Shown: positions 1 to 9,812, counted from the first letter of the stretch. The stretch is DNA of 64,000 nt from Bacillota bacterium (GCA_023431215.1 JAEYXR010000048.1:2995-66994), one strand, 5' to 3'. The notes: generated by a model from the sequence alone, not told the origin. Program-made: numbers and translations.

Positions 1-1452
1 AGCCATCTCAACAGCATACTCGTAGCCATAAGCGCCATTCTGGTTCTGACGGATGAGGCCCAGGTAAGCGTTGTTGACGATAACAACAATAACGGGGATG
101 TTGAACTTGGCGCATACAGCCAGCTCCTGCACGTGGAAGGTAAAGCCGAAGTCACCCATAACGGCAACAGCTTGCTTACCGGTAGCAACAGCAGCACCAA
201 AGGCAGCGGGAATATCATAGCCCAAGGTTCCTGCACCGCCGGAAGGCAGATAGTGACGGGGAGTGCCCACATCCTGCAGCTGGCCGGACCAGATCTGGGT
301 GATGCCGCAGCCGGTGGTGAAGATGGCGTTTTCGCCAAAGTACTTGTTCAGCTCTTCAAACACGCGGTGGGGGTTGATGGGCTTGCAATCGTAATCTACC
401 TTGCGGTGCAGTTCCTTGCGCAGCTGGGGAACATTGATGTCCCAGTTGGTAGCAGCGCCGTCGGCAGCAACCAGCAGAGCGTCGATTGCCTTTTTGGCAT
501 CAGCAACAATACCCAGGTCAGCAGGGAAAATTTTGCCGATTTCTTTTGCTTCAATGTTGATGTGGATGAACTTACGGTCGCCGCGATATACATCCAAAGC
601 ACCGGTGTGGCGGTCGGTAAAGCGGCAGCCAATACCCAGTACCAGGTCAGACTCCAAGAATACTTTGTTGCCGATGGGCTGACCAACCTGAATACCGCAG
701 TGACCTGCATTGAGAGGATGGTCTACAGGGATACCGCCCTTGGCCATGTAGGTGGTGATAACGGGAGTATTCAGCTTTTCTGCCAGCTTGACGCACTCGG
801 CAGTAGCATTTGCCAAAACAACACCGCCGCCCATGAGCAACAGGGGTTTCTTGGCAGCTTTGATCATCTCGATAGCCTTTGCAATGTCCTCGGCCTTGGG
901 TGCGGGAGCTTCAATAGCATAAGGCTTGTAGGAATCGGGATCAAACTCGATGTCTGCATTCTGAACATCCAGGGGCAGATCAATAACAACAGGGCCGGGC
1001 TTACCTTCGCGGGCAACACGGAAAGCCTCGTGGAAGGTTTCTACCACGTCAGCGGGGTTGGTGATGCACCAGGTCTTTTTAGCAACAGGCTCAGCAATTT
1101 TTGCCATGTCAACACACTGGAAGGCATCCTTGCCCAGCTGTGCGGTAACTGCCTGGCCGGTAATGACCATAGCGGGGATGCTGTCGATGTTGTTGGTGTA
1201 AATACCGGTAACAAAGTTGGTGGCACCGGGGCCGGAGGTGCAGAGAGCCAGAGCCATTCTGCCGCTGGCACGGTAGTAACCGCCTGCAGCGTGGACACAG
1301 CACTCCTCGTGACGATGGGTGTAGTGTTTGATTTTGGAATCGGCCAAGTATTTGTACAAGCCGTTGATACCTGCGCCGGGAATACCGAAAGCATCGGTAA
1401 TGCCTTCCATTTCAAGAATCTTGACAATGGCTTCAGAAGCTTTCATCTTCAT
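1..1452 (-). CDS. gcl: Glyoxylate carboligase-like ThDP enzyme (3' end runs off window; absent from ORF track)
   Basis: Manual translation from ATG 1452 (RBS GGAGGA): MKMKASEAIVKILEMEGITDAFGIPGAGIN...CTSGPGATN...MGDFGFTFHVQELAVCAKFNIPVIVVIVNNAYLGLIRQ. GDF and NNAYLGLIRQ are Gcl-like rather than AHAS-like. Confidence 0.8.
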   Translation of the reverse strand, partial: MKMKASEAIVKILEMEGITDAFGIPGAGINGLYKYLADSKIKHYTHRHEECCVHAAGGYYRASGRMALALCTSGPGATNFVTGIYTNNIDSIPAMVITGQAVTAQLGKDAFQCVDMAKIAEPVAKKTWCITNPADVVETFHEAFRVAREGKPGPVVIDLPLDVQNADIEFDPDSYKPYAIEAPAPKAEDIAKAIEMIKAAKKPLLLMGGGVVLANATAECVKLAEKLNTPVITTYMAKGGIPVDHPLNAGHCGIQVGQPIGNKVFLESDLVLGIGCRFTDRHTGALDVYRGDRKFIHINIEAKEIGKIFPADLGIVADAKKAIDALLVAADGAATNWDINVPQLRKELHRKVDYDCKPINPHRVFEELNKYFGENAIFTTGCGITQIWSGQLQDVGTPRHYLPSGGAGTLGYDIPAAFGAAVATGKQAVAVMGDFGFTFHVQELAVCAKFNIPVIVVIVNNAYLGLIRQNQNGAYGYEYAVEMA

Positions 1453-1511
1453 GATAATATTCCTCCTACTTAATTTTAAATATTAAAATATAGTTTTAAC
1501 TTGCTACCATT

Positions 1512-1540
1512 ACTATACAAATATTAAAACTAAATTTCAA
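1512..1540 (-). promoter_or_regulatory. SigA-type promoter of the gcl-like gene
   Basis: TTGAAA (1540-1535), 17 nt, TATAGT (1517-1512) on the minus strand. Confidence 0.6.
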
Positions 1541-1742
1541 TAGTATTTATAACGATTCTCCTTTGTCACCAAAAAGTTTTCAGGCTCTGTTGTAATTTCA
1601 CCAACAAACATTTTAACAATTGAAAAAACTATCCTTTTCCCATCTGTGTTTTTTGTTTTAAGGGTGGCTTTCATAAAATTCTTTGTACAACCTGCACTTA
1701 GTTTTACAGTTATATCTGTTTATCCTGCAACAAAAATTTTAA

Positions 1743-2204
1743 CTATTTTAGGTGCTTTTCCATGACATAGTTGGTCAACAGCACCCCGTGCCTCTCTACC
1801 TGCTGTTCTTTCAACACAAGATACCCCCGCTGTTGAAAAAACGGCAGTGCGGTGACAGATGCATGGGTGGTCACCAAAAAACAGCCTTTCTGCCGTGCAT
1901 GGTTTTCCAGCTCTGCTGCAATGGCCGTTGCCACGCCCCGTCTTTGATACGCCCTATGGACATACAATCTATCCAGATATCCTCTGTCTATGTCTCCAAA
2001 GCCTGAATTTTTTCCATCCAGCTCTGCCACTATGGTGTAGTGCGCCAGCAACGATAGCTTCCATGCTTTTTCATCCATATCTCTGGGCGCCCAAGCATCA
2101 AGCTGCGGCTGAGTATAATCAGCTTTGTTAACGGTGTGTACCGTATGCTGAAAAAGGCGTATTATCTCGGCACAGTCCTCTGCTCTAAAGGCTCTCAGCT
2201 TCAA
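1743..2204 (-). CDS. GNAT N-acetyltransferase (YafP-like)
   Basis: QLDAWAP, YLDRLYVHRAYQRRGVA and ASVTALPFF motifs; TTG start at 2204 chosen from the upstream purine-rich RBS. Confidence 0.85.
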   Translation of the reverse strand: MKLRAFRAEDCAEIIRLFQHTVHTVNKADYTQPQLDAWAPRDMDEKAWKLSLLAHYTIVAELDGKNSGFGDIDRGYLDRLYVHRAYQRRGVATAIAAELENHARQKGCFLVTTHASVTALPFFQQRGYLVLKEQQVERHGVLLTNYVMEKHLK

Positions 2205-2236
2205 TCTGCACCATCCTTCTTCCTTGTTTATGTAAG

Positions 2237-2271
2237 CAAAAGCGGCAATCACCAAGCCTTGTGATTACCGC
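2237..2271 (-). terminator. Probable terminator after the IclR gene
   Basis: GCGGCAATCAC...GTGATTACCGC stem followed by a short T-run on the minus strand. Confidence 0.5.
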
Positions 2272-2288
2272 CTTCTCATGGCTTTTTA

Positions 2289-3095
2289 TCAAATCTCTTC
2301 TTTGTTCCACCCCAAGCGATAACTCAGCTCGTCGGCAGCCTCCAACAAATAGGGCAGGTTGGCAAAAATATGCTCGTCCGTCATACGGGAGGTCGGACCG
2401 CTTACACTGATGCCCGCCACCACTTTGCCGGTATAATCCCGCACGGGAGCAGCAATGCAGCGTGCACCCACTTCACATTCTTCATTATCAAAAGCATAGC
2501 CGCAATTGCGTGCCTGCTCCACAGCGGCCATCAGTTCCTGTGGTGTGGTAATGGTTGCACCGGTAAACTGAGGAAGCCCTTTTACAGCTATAATCTGCTC
2601 CATTTGTGAGGTGGTATAATTTTGCAGCAGCAGTTTGCCCACACCGGTGCAGTGCATGGGGGCAATGTTGCCAATTCGCTGCATAGATACCAGGGTTTTG
2701 CTGGGACCGTTCACTACCTCTACATACATGACAGCCATATCATACTCTATGGAAAGATTGGCCGATTCCCCAAAAATGCGGGAAACATTACGTAAAAACG
2801 GCAGTGAAATATTGCGTATACTCATATTGGAACTAATGCTTTGCGCCATTCCGCACAGCTTAAAGGTAAGGTAGTAGCGGCCGGTATCAATGTCACGTGC
2901 CACATAGCCACGCCGCTGCAAGGCAGCCAAAAAACGCAGCACCGTGCTGGAATTCATGCAAAGTTCTTTGGAAAGATCCTGCAGTCTGGCAGGTTCACTA
3001 AGATTAGACATTACTTCCATTAAGCTTAACAATTTTTCGGACGATAAGTTGGTCTGTGTTGGGCCCAAGGTATCTACCTCGGTTTGTCTAGACAT
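2289..3095 (-). CDS. IclR-family transcriptional regulator (AllR-like context)
   Basis: N-terminal HTH (STVLRFLAALQRRGYV), HCTGVGKLLL, GYAFDNEECEVGARCIAAPV. Confidence 0.92.
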   Translation of the reverse strand: MSRQTEVDTLGPTQTNLSSEKLLSLMEVMSNLSEPARLQDLSKELCMNSSTVLRFLAALQRRGYVARDIDTGRYYLTFKLCGMAQSISSNMSIRNISLPFLRNVSRIFGESANLSIEYDMAVMYVEVVNGPSKTLVSMQRIGNIAPMHCTGVGKLLLQNYTTSQMEQIIAVKGLPQFTGATITTPQELMAAVEQARNCGYAFDNEECEVGARCIAAPVRDYTGKVVAGISVSGPTSRMTDEHIFANLPYLLEAADELSYRLGWNKEEI

Positions 3096-3139
3096 ATGTT
3101 TCCTCCTGTTCTCGTGCCGCTACTTTTTTAACAATGCAT

Positions 3140-3168
3140 AGTATAGCATTTAATTTTAATATTTGCAA
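3140..3168 (-). promoter_or_regulatory. SigA-type promoter of the IclR gene with overlapping operator-like site
   Basis: TTGCAA, 17 nt, TATACT on the minus strand; TTTTAATATTTGCAA at 3154-3168. Confidence 0.6.
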
Positions 3169-3277
3169 CTACATTTTAATAAATTATCTGCAAAAAAATT
3201 AGTGCTATCCACCATCACCATCTTGTTGATTAGGAAAGCACCAATTATTTATTACAGTGAATAGGGAAGAATAAAAA

Positions 3278-4579
3278 CTACAAAATAGCAGCTTCGGGCA
3301 TTTTTTGCTGCAAAATTCTTTCCATAATTTCTTGATACTCTACCCACATATCGTCATATAGCTGATAGATTCTTTGCCGGCTAGGTTCAGAGTTCTTTAT
3401 GATTTCATCAAAATTCAAAAGCACCTGTTCACATACCTGTGGGCATAACAAACCCTTTTGACACATCCGTGAGATTATATTCATAGAATGTTGTTTGGAG
3501 AAAACATCCTTATAGCTGCGCTGGCTAATCAATGCGCTTAAAATGTCTGCCACTGCCACAATGCGCTCTGGCAAGGTGAGCTGACTACCCTTCAACCCCC
3601 ATGGATAGCCGCTGCCATCCAGCTTTTCATGATGTCTCACTGCAATGTTGCAAATTTCTTGGCCGACTACCCCACAAATAATCTCATGAGTTTTTATCAC
3701 ATGGGTACGCATAATTGCCATCTCTTGGCTGCTGAGCTTGCCGGGGTTATCTAAAATGCTGCTGGGAATGGAAATTTTACCAATGTCATGAAGAAAAGCT
3801 CCATAATACAACCAGCTTAGCTCCTGTTCCGTCAACTTTAGCCTGCGGCCCAAATCCATGCTGATGACGGTGGTATTGATGGTATGTGCCACGGTAAATT
3901 TGCTGCGGAAATCATTGGCATATACCAACATCTGCAAAAAGGAATATTTTTGGTCTGCAAAGGCATTTGAATTGCAGATATACTCCTCCAGCTCTTTTAA
4001 ATATTCACCGCTCTTCATCTTTTGAGTAATGTGATATTGTTCTTCTGCCTGCAGTAAAAGCTCCACATATTCCGGGCAAAACTTTTTGGGTGTATAGCTT
4101 CTCAGCGTCTTCCAGTCAGACTTCCCCATTTGCAGCATCATGTCGGCTCGGTCTGCCAGGCTCATTAGCGATATTTGCTTTCTATAAGGTGTGTCTATGT
4201 TTAATAATGTGCTATAGTCGGCATGATGAAACATCAACACCTGTGAAATCTGCTCCAATGGCGACATATATTTTAAAAAAAGATAACCAAATACAGCATG
4301 TCTCCACACATCGGCTGTTTCAAACTCTGCCATACGGTCAAATTCTTCTGTTTCATAAGCACCCACATCATGAAACATACCCAGTACCAATTGGGTGTTC
4401 CAGTCAATTTCCGGGTCCTGCCTCCCCACCCTGCTCATACAAAGGAGAATATAGGCAACCCGCTCCCCGTGAGTAACCAATCGTGGATCAATCATTCTAA
4501 GCGTGTTTCGTAGTGCATAGATGACCTGAACATTATTTATGAGCAAAGGTTGTTGTTCTTCTAAAATTTGCAGCACCAA
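3278..4579 (-). CDS. Tandem HD / HD-GYP cyclic-dinucleotide phosphodiesterase
   Basis: N-terminal HGERVA..FHDVG domain without GYP; C-terminal LHDIGK..HHEKLDGSGYP..RIVAVAD..RSYK. Confidence 0.85.
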   Translation of the reverse strand: MVLQILEEQQPLLINNVQVIYALRNTLRMIDPRLVTHGERVAYILLCMSRVGRQDPEIDWNTQLVLGMFHDVGAYETEEFDRMAEFETADVWRHAVFGYLFLKYMSPLEQISQVLMFHHADYSTLLNIDTPYRKQISLMSLADRADMMLQMGKSDWKTLRSYTPKKFCPEYVELLLQAEEQYHITQKMKSGEYLKELEEYICNSNAFADQKYSFLQMLVYANDFRSKFTVAHTINTTVISMDLGRRLKLTEQELSWLYYGAFLHDIGKISIPSSILDNPGKLSSQEMAIMRTHVIKTHEIICGVVGQEICNIAVRHHEKLDGSGYPWGLKGSQLTLPERIVAVADILSALISQRSYKDVFSKQHSMNIISRMCQKGLLCPQVCEQVLLNFDEIIKNSEPSRQRIYQLYDDMWVEYQEIMERILQQKMPEAAIL

Positions 4580-4852
4580 AAGAATATTCTCCTTTACTTT
4601 TTTAATGTTTTAATGGATAATTTTAACAATTAATTTTATCATATACGGTAACAAAATACAATAATTATGCAATTTTTATTATACTTTTATGACCTATGGC
4701 ATTTTTTTGCATGGTTTTTTTGATAAAAGTGTTGATTGAATAATTATTAAACCTTAGCGGTGTACCAATTAGTCATAGCATATTATTGATACAAAGCAAC
4801 AATCAATTTTCATATTTTCACAAAATTAACAAATTATTTTTGTGCAGCTTGC

Positions 4853-4881
4853 TTGACCGAACTGCAGTTGTCTGATATACT
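4853..4881 (+). promoter_or_regulatory. SigA promoter of the DEAD-box helicase gene
   Basis: TTGACC, 17 nt, TATACT, with an extended TG. Confidence 0.7.
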
Positions 4882-5055
4882 TAAACAGTATTTGCAAGAG
4901 CGTTATGACTTTATGTTAGGAGCAGCGGCGGGGAGCATTTCCTCGTCTTTTCTTTTGTCGCTTGTTGTGGCTCTTGCCGCCTTGCAGTCCCGATATCGCT
5001 TTGTCAGCGCGGGGCTGCCGTGGGGTCAGTACCCCGGAAAGAACTAGAGGAATTC

Positions 5056-6777
5056 ATGAGCAAACTTACTTTTGACCAATTACAGCTTACCCCCAAGGTA
5101 AAGCGTGCTATCGATGAGATGGGATTTGAAACCGCCACCGATATCCAGTCCCAGGTCATCCCCCTGATTCGTACAGGAGTAGACGTCATTGGACGTTCTC
5201 AAACCGGCACAGGCAAAACCCTTGCCTTTGCCATTCCCGCAATTGAAACCATTGATACCCATGAGGAGCGCTCAACCCTGCAGGTGCTGGTGCTTTGTCC
5301 CACCCGTGAGCTTGCCATGCAGGCTGCCACCGAAATCCGCAAACTTACCAAGTTTAAAAGCGGAGTTCGCACCGTTGAGGTGTATGGCGGAGCCCCCATG
5401 CAACGCCAGATTTTGTCCTTAAAAACCGCTAATTTGGTGGTTGGTACCCCGGGCCGCGTTATGGATCATATGCGTCGCCGCACCATTAAGCTGAACAACC
5501 TGAAAATGGTGGTGTTGGATGAAGCCGACGAAATGCTGAGCATGGGCTTTAAAGAGGACATTGAGACCATTTTGGCCGATGCCCCCGAGGAACGCCAGAC
5601 CGTTTTGTTTTCTGCTACCATGCCCCCTGCCATCATGTCGCTGACCCGTCAGTTCCAGACAGACCCTCAGCTGGTAGAAATTAACCGTGCCCAGGTTACC
5701 CTGGACAGCATTACCCAGGGCTATATTGATGTGCCTATGGGCCGTAAAATGGATGCACTGGCTTTGATGCTGCGGTTCTATCATCCCTTCCGCTCTATGA
5801 TCTTCTGCAACACCAAGCAAATGGTGGATGAAATTACCGAATATCTGGTAGGTCATGGCTTTGATGCAGACGGCATCCACGGCGATATGAAGCAGCCCCA
5901 GCGCACTAAGGTCATGGATGGCTTTAAGCGGGGCAAAACCTCTATACTGGTTGCTACCGACGTTGCTGCCCGTGGAATAGATGTTAACGACATTGAATAC
6001 GTTTTTAACTACGACATTCCCCAAAGCCACGAATATTATGTTCACCGTATTGGACGTACCGGACGCGCCGGCAAAACCGGCTGTGCTGTTACCATCTGCA
6101 GCGGCCGCCGCCAGGTATTTGTCATGAAGGACATTGCCCGTGCCACAAAGTCCAGTATTTCTCCCCTGCCCATTCCCTCTCCTCAGGAGATTCTATCTGC
6201 CGATGCCGAAGCAAAGGCAGCTGCAATGGAAACTATCCTTGGGGAAGAACTGTTGCCTGTCTACAGCGAAATTGTAGCAAAGCTGACAGAGGCAGGACAC
6301 ACGCCCGAGGAAATTGCCGCAGCAGCCCTGCAGCTTCATTTTGGCAAGTCTCTGCCGGTGGTGGAGGATCTTCGCCCCAACAGTGAGCCCTCCGGCGCCA
6401 GAGTGGGCGGCGGTATGCAGCGTCTGGTGTTGGGTGTTGGCCGCAGCAGCCGTGTTGCCCCCAACCATATTGTGGGCGCACTTACCGAACGTACCGACCT
6501 CCGCGGCAAGGATGTTGGCAAAATTGAAATTTTTGACGACCAAACCTTTGTGGGTATTCCCGCTGCTATGGCAGACGCTGTGCTGGCACAGCTAAGCGGA
6601 CTGAAGATTTGCGGCAAGCCTGTAGACGCTACTTTGGCAGAAATGATTTCTGACAAAAAGCGTTTTGGTGGCAAGAGCCAGGGTGGTGGTCCCCGTCGGG
6701 ATTTCCGCCGCGGTGACCGCCGTGACTATGGTAGAAGCAGCGACCGCCGCGACCGCCGTCGTGACAATAAAAGCTAA
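5056..6777 (+). CDS. deaD: DEAD-box RNA helicase with DbpA-type RNA-binding domain (DeaD/CshA)
   Basis: TGTGKT, PTRELA, DEAD, SAT and HRIGRTGRAG motifs; DbpA RBD and Arg-rich tail; ATG 5056 after GAGG. Confidence 0.93.
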   Translation: MSKLTFDQLQLTPKVKRAIDEMGFETATDIQSQVIPLIRTGVDVIGRSQTGTGKTLAFAIPAIETIDTHEERSTLQVLVLCPTRELAMQAATEIRKLTKFKSGVRTVEVYGGAPMQRQILSLKTANLVVGTPGRVMDHMRRRTIKLNNLKMVVLDEADEMLSMGFKEDIETILADAPEERQTVLFSATMPPAIMSLTRQFQTDPQLVEINRAQVTLDSITQGYIDVPMGRKMDALALMLRFYHPFRSMIFCNTKQMVDEITEYLVGHGFDADGIHGDMKQPQRTKVMDGFKRGKTSILVATDVAARGIDVNDIEYVFNYDIPQSHEYYVHRIGRTGRAGKTGCAVTICSGRRQVFVMKDIARATKSSISPLPIPSPQEILSADAEAKAAAMETILGEELLPVYSEIVAKLTEAGHTPEEIAAAALQLHFGKSLPVVEDLRPNSEPSGARVGGGMQRLVLGVGRSSRVAPNHIVGALTERTDLRGKDVGKIEIFDDQTFVGIPAAMADAVLAQLSGLKICGKPVDATLAEMISDKKRFGGKSQGGGPRRDFRRGDRRDYGRSSDRRDRRRDNKS

Positions 6778-6791
6778 AACAAGCTAAATTT

Positions 6792-6823
6792 AAAAGCCCG
6801 GGGAGCTATTCCCGGGCTTTTTT
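6792..6823 (+). terminator. Rho-independent terminator
   Basis: AAAAGCCCGGG...CCCGGGCTTTTTT. Confidence 0.85.
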
Positions 6824-7257
6824 ATATGGATACGGCTGCTCTTATCTTCTCTCAGCGCCCGAATTGCGGAATAAATTATCTTCTTCACCTCAAAAAAATT
6901 ATATATGCCAGAATTTCTGCCACCAGCTTTTGGCATAAATTCTGGCATTATAAAAATAAGAGGGAATAGCGTGAAAGAACTTCACACTACTCCCTCGCAG
7001 GGGCGATGCGCAGACGATTCGTTCGCTACGCTCACTTCCGTGCTTAATCCGCAAAATCATCTTATCATTCCTCTTCTTCGCATGATAAGATGGTGGCTTT
7101 CATTAGAATTTGTGCCGATGCGAAGCGGCGGAATGGATGATTAGTATGGTCAATGATTAGGATTTGTACTTAATATTCTTCAACAAACTCACAGATTTAA
7201 ACAGGCAGATAAGGGATATTCAACGCACCACCGAAGAAATGTTTATGGACAGTAAAG

Positions 7258-7306
7258 AAAAACCCCCGCAACAGCAGGCTTATTCCTGCTGTTGCGGGGG
7301 TTTTTT
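7258..7306. terminator. Bidirectional terminator ending the ABC operon
   Basis: AAAAACCCCCGCAACAGCAGG-loop-CCTGCTGTTGCGGGGGTTTTTT. Confidence 0.9.
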
Positions 7307-7316
7307 ACATTGTGCT

Positions 7317-8063
7317 TTACAGCACCTTTGCCAAAAAGTCCTTAAGACGGTCGCTTTGGGGGTTGGTAAAGAAGAACCGAGGGGGTGCTTCCTCCACAAT
7401 TTTTCCGTCTGCCATAAATACCACCCGGGTGCCAACCTCACGGGCAAAGCCCATTTCGTGGGTAACCACCACCATGGTCATGCCATCTCCGGCAAGCGTT
7501 TTCATAACCTCCAGCACCTCACCAACCATTTCCGGGTCCAGAGCAGAGGTGGGCTCATCAAAGAGCATGACGTCAGGCTGCATGCACAATGCACGTACAA
7601 TGGCAATACGCTGCTTTTGCCCGCCGGAAAGCTGGATGGGATAAGCTCCTGCCCGGTCGGCGAGCCCAACCTTTTCCAACAGGGTCATGGCCAGTTCTTC
7701 GCTTTGCTGGCGGCTCATCTTTTTTACCTTCATGGGTGCCAACACCAGATTTTCCATAATGGTAAGATGGGGAAACAGGTTAAAATGCTGAAACACCATA
7801 CCCATCTTTTGGCGGTGGGTGTTAATGTCCACCTTACGTCCGGTGATGTCTACACCCTCAAAGATAATTTGTCCGGAGGTAGGGTCTTCCAGCAGATTGA
7901 GGGAGCGCAAAAAGGTGCTTTTGCCTGAGCCGGAGGGGCCAACCACTACCAGCACATCACCTTTGGAAATTTCAATATTTACATCATCTAACGCATGAAT
8001 TTTTCCGCCATAGGTTTTGGTCAGATTTTTTACCCGAATCAGCTTGTTATCGTACGTCGCCAC
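7317..8063 (-). CDS. Polar amino-acid ABC transporter ATPase (GlnQ/ArtM family)
   Basis: [29 protein letters not shown]. Confidence 0.95.
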   Translation of the reverse strand: MATYDNKLIRVKNLTKTYGGKIHALDDVNIEISKGDVLVVVGPSGSGKSTFLRSLNLLEDPTSGQIIFEGVDITGRKVDINTHRQKMGMVFQHFNLFPHLTIMENLVLAPMKVKKMSRQQSEELAMTLLEKVGLADRAGAYPIQLSGGQKQRIAIVRALCMQPDVMLFDEPTSALDPEMVGEVLEVMKTLAGDGMTMVVVTHEMGFAREVGTRVVFMADGKIVEEAPPRFFFTNPQSDRLKDFLAKVL

Positions 8064-8772
8064 GGCTCATCCTCCTTTCAAAATGCTGAATAATCTTAGA
8101 GGTGGGGAAGGTCAGCATAAAGTACAGCACCGCCGCAATAATCAACGGCTCTGCGGGACGGAAGGTTGCACCCTGCACCAGCTTTGCGTTAAACATAATT
8201 TCCTGCATACCAATAACCGAGCAAATGGAGGACTCCTTAATGATAACAACAAACTCGTTGGCAATGGCGGGCAAAATGTTCTTCACGGCCTGGGGCAACA
8301 CAATATAACGCATATTTTGCAGCTGGGTCATCCCCAAAGAGCGTGCAGCCTCGGTCTGTCCGTAGTCGATGTTTTGAATACCACCGCGGATAATTTCGGC
8401 AACATAGGCCGCGCTGTTAAGAGAAAGGGCAACAATGCCGGGCACAAAACGGCTGCCTTCTATAAAGCCAAACAGCGTAAACTTGGGCGCCGTAATGAAG
8501 TATGCAAAGACGACATAGAAGATGAAGGACAGCTGCACCAGCATGGGGGTACCGCGCACCACCTCAATGTAAGCAGTGGAAATAAAGTTCATGGTGCGCA
8601 CAACTATTTTACTGAGCAAGCTTTTACCCGGCTTGGCAATACGCATCATTGCCAGCACCAGCGCCAGTACAAAACCGAATATTACCGTAAAAAAGGACAG
8701 CAGAACGGTATAGATAACACCCTGCTGAAAATAAACGGAATATTTGGCCATAGCGGCAAAATTCAATTCCAT
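8047..8772 (-). CDS. Polar amino-acid ABC transporter permease
   Basis: [30 protein letters not shown] (EAA loop). Confidence 0.95.
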   Translation of the reverse strand: MELNFAAMAKYSVYFQQGVIYTVLLSFFTVIFGFVLALVLAMMRIAKPGKSLLSKIVVRTMNFISTAYIEVVRGTPMLVQLSFIFYVVFAYFITAPKFTLFGFIEGSRFVPGIVALSLNSAAYVAEIIRGGIQNIDYGQTEAARSLGMTQLQNMRYIVLPQAVKNILPAIANEFVVIIKESSICSVIGMQEIMFNAKLVQGATFRPAEPLIIAAVLYFMLTFPTSKIIQHFERRMSRGDVR

Positions 8773-8898
8773 AAGATTCTCCTTAGTTTTATTGTTGCTA
8801 AAAATCGAACCAATCCCCTCCCGCCATGGCTAGTCGGGAGAGGATGGTTTTGTTTATCATATTGAGAGAAAATGAATCAGTTGTGTTGGAATATTTCC

Positions 8899-9756
8899 TT
8901 AAGAAATAGCATCCACCGCCAGCTCGTTGGCAACCTGAACAAACTTAATCATATCACCATTCTCTACCACTTTTTTAATAGTAGCGTTCACAGCATCCAG
9001 CAGTGCGGTGTTGCCCTTCTTGACAGCAGCGCAGGAGCCCTCTGCTTCGTAGGGAACCTCAAAGGCAATCATCAGGTCATCGTGTGCGGCAACATAACCG
9101 TCGGCAACAGCAGTTTCCATAAAGGCAGCCTCAATCTTAGAGGATTTAAGCTCCATGATGATGTTGGGGATGGTGGTGAGAGAAACCAGGCTTGCATCGG
9201 GAGCCAGCTCCTTGCAGAGGCCTTCCTGAATAGAACCAGTCTGGGCGCCAACAGGCAGACCCTTAAGGGCAGCAGTATCCTTGTACTTGTCGGCATCAGC
9301 CTTGCGCACCATCACACACTGGGTTCCGGTGTAGTAAGCATCAGAGAAGTCTACAGCCTTTGCACGCTCAGGGTCGGGAGAAAGGCCTGCAATGGCAAGG
9401 TCAATGGTACCGCTGTTCAGCTCAATGAGGATGGAGTCAAAGTTCATATCCTTGATGACCAGCTCAAGGCCCAGATCATCAGCAATGGCCTGTGCCAGGT
9501 CCATATCAAAGCCGGTGATGATATCCTTGCCGTCTTTGAGCATGTGGAACTCGTAAGGGGCAAAGTCAGCAGAGGTACCTACAATCAGCTTGCCGGGCTC
9601 AACGGTCTTAATGCCGGAGTCAGAAGTCTCAGAGGAAGCAGGGGTCTGGGAAGATGCAGGGGCAGAGGAACTGCTGGAGGAGGAACCACCGCCGCAGGCT
9701 ACAAGTGAAAGCACCATGACAGATGCCAGCAGAACAGCAATTAACTTTTTCATCAT
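8899..9756 (-). CDS. Amino-acid ABC substrate-binding lipoprotein (probably arginine)
   Basis: Lipobox LVAC, Ser-rich linker, GTSADFAPYEF, GFDMDLA; upstream ARG boxes. Confidence 0.9.
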   Translation of the reverse strand: MMKKLIAVLLASVMVLSLVACGGGSSSSSSSAPASSQTPASSETSDSGIKTVEPGKLIVGTSADFAPYEFHMLKDGKDIITGFDMDLAQAIADDLGLELVIKDMNFDSILIELNSGTIDLAIAGLSPDPERAKAVDFSDAYYTGTQCVMVRKADADKYKDTAALKGLPVGAQTGSIQEGLCKELAPDASLVSLTTIPNIIMELKSSKIEAAFMETAVADGYVAAHDDLMIAFEVPYEAEGSCAAVKKGNTALLDAVNATIKKVVENGDMIKFVQVANELAVDAIS

Positions 9757-9812
9757 TATGTTCTCCTTTGTCTCGTAAGTCAATCATTTCTTATTTTTTG
9801 TGTTGTTTGCTA

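Noticed and set aside
133..1473. 446-aa plus-strand ORF
   Set aside because: Antisense shadow of the gcl-like gene; no recognisable motifs.
7164..9708. Long plus-strand ORFs 7164..7928, 8017..8865 and 8872..9708
   Set aside because: Antisense shadows of the ABC transporter genes; the first also runs through a terminator.
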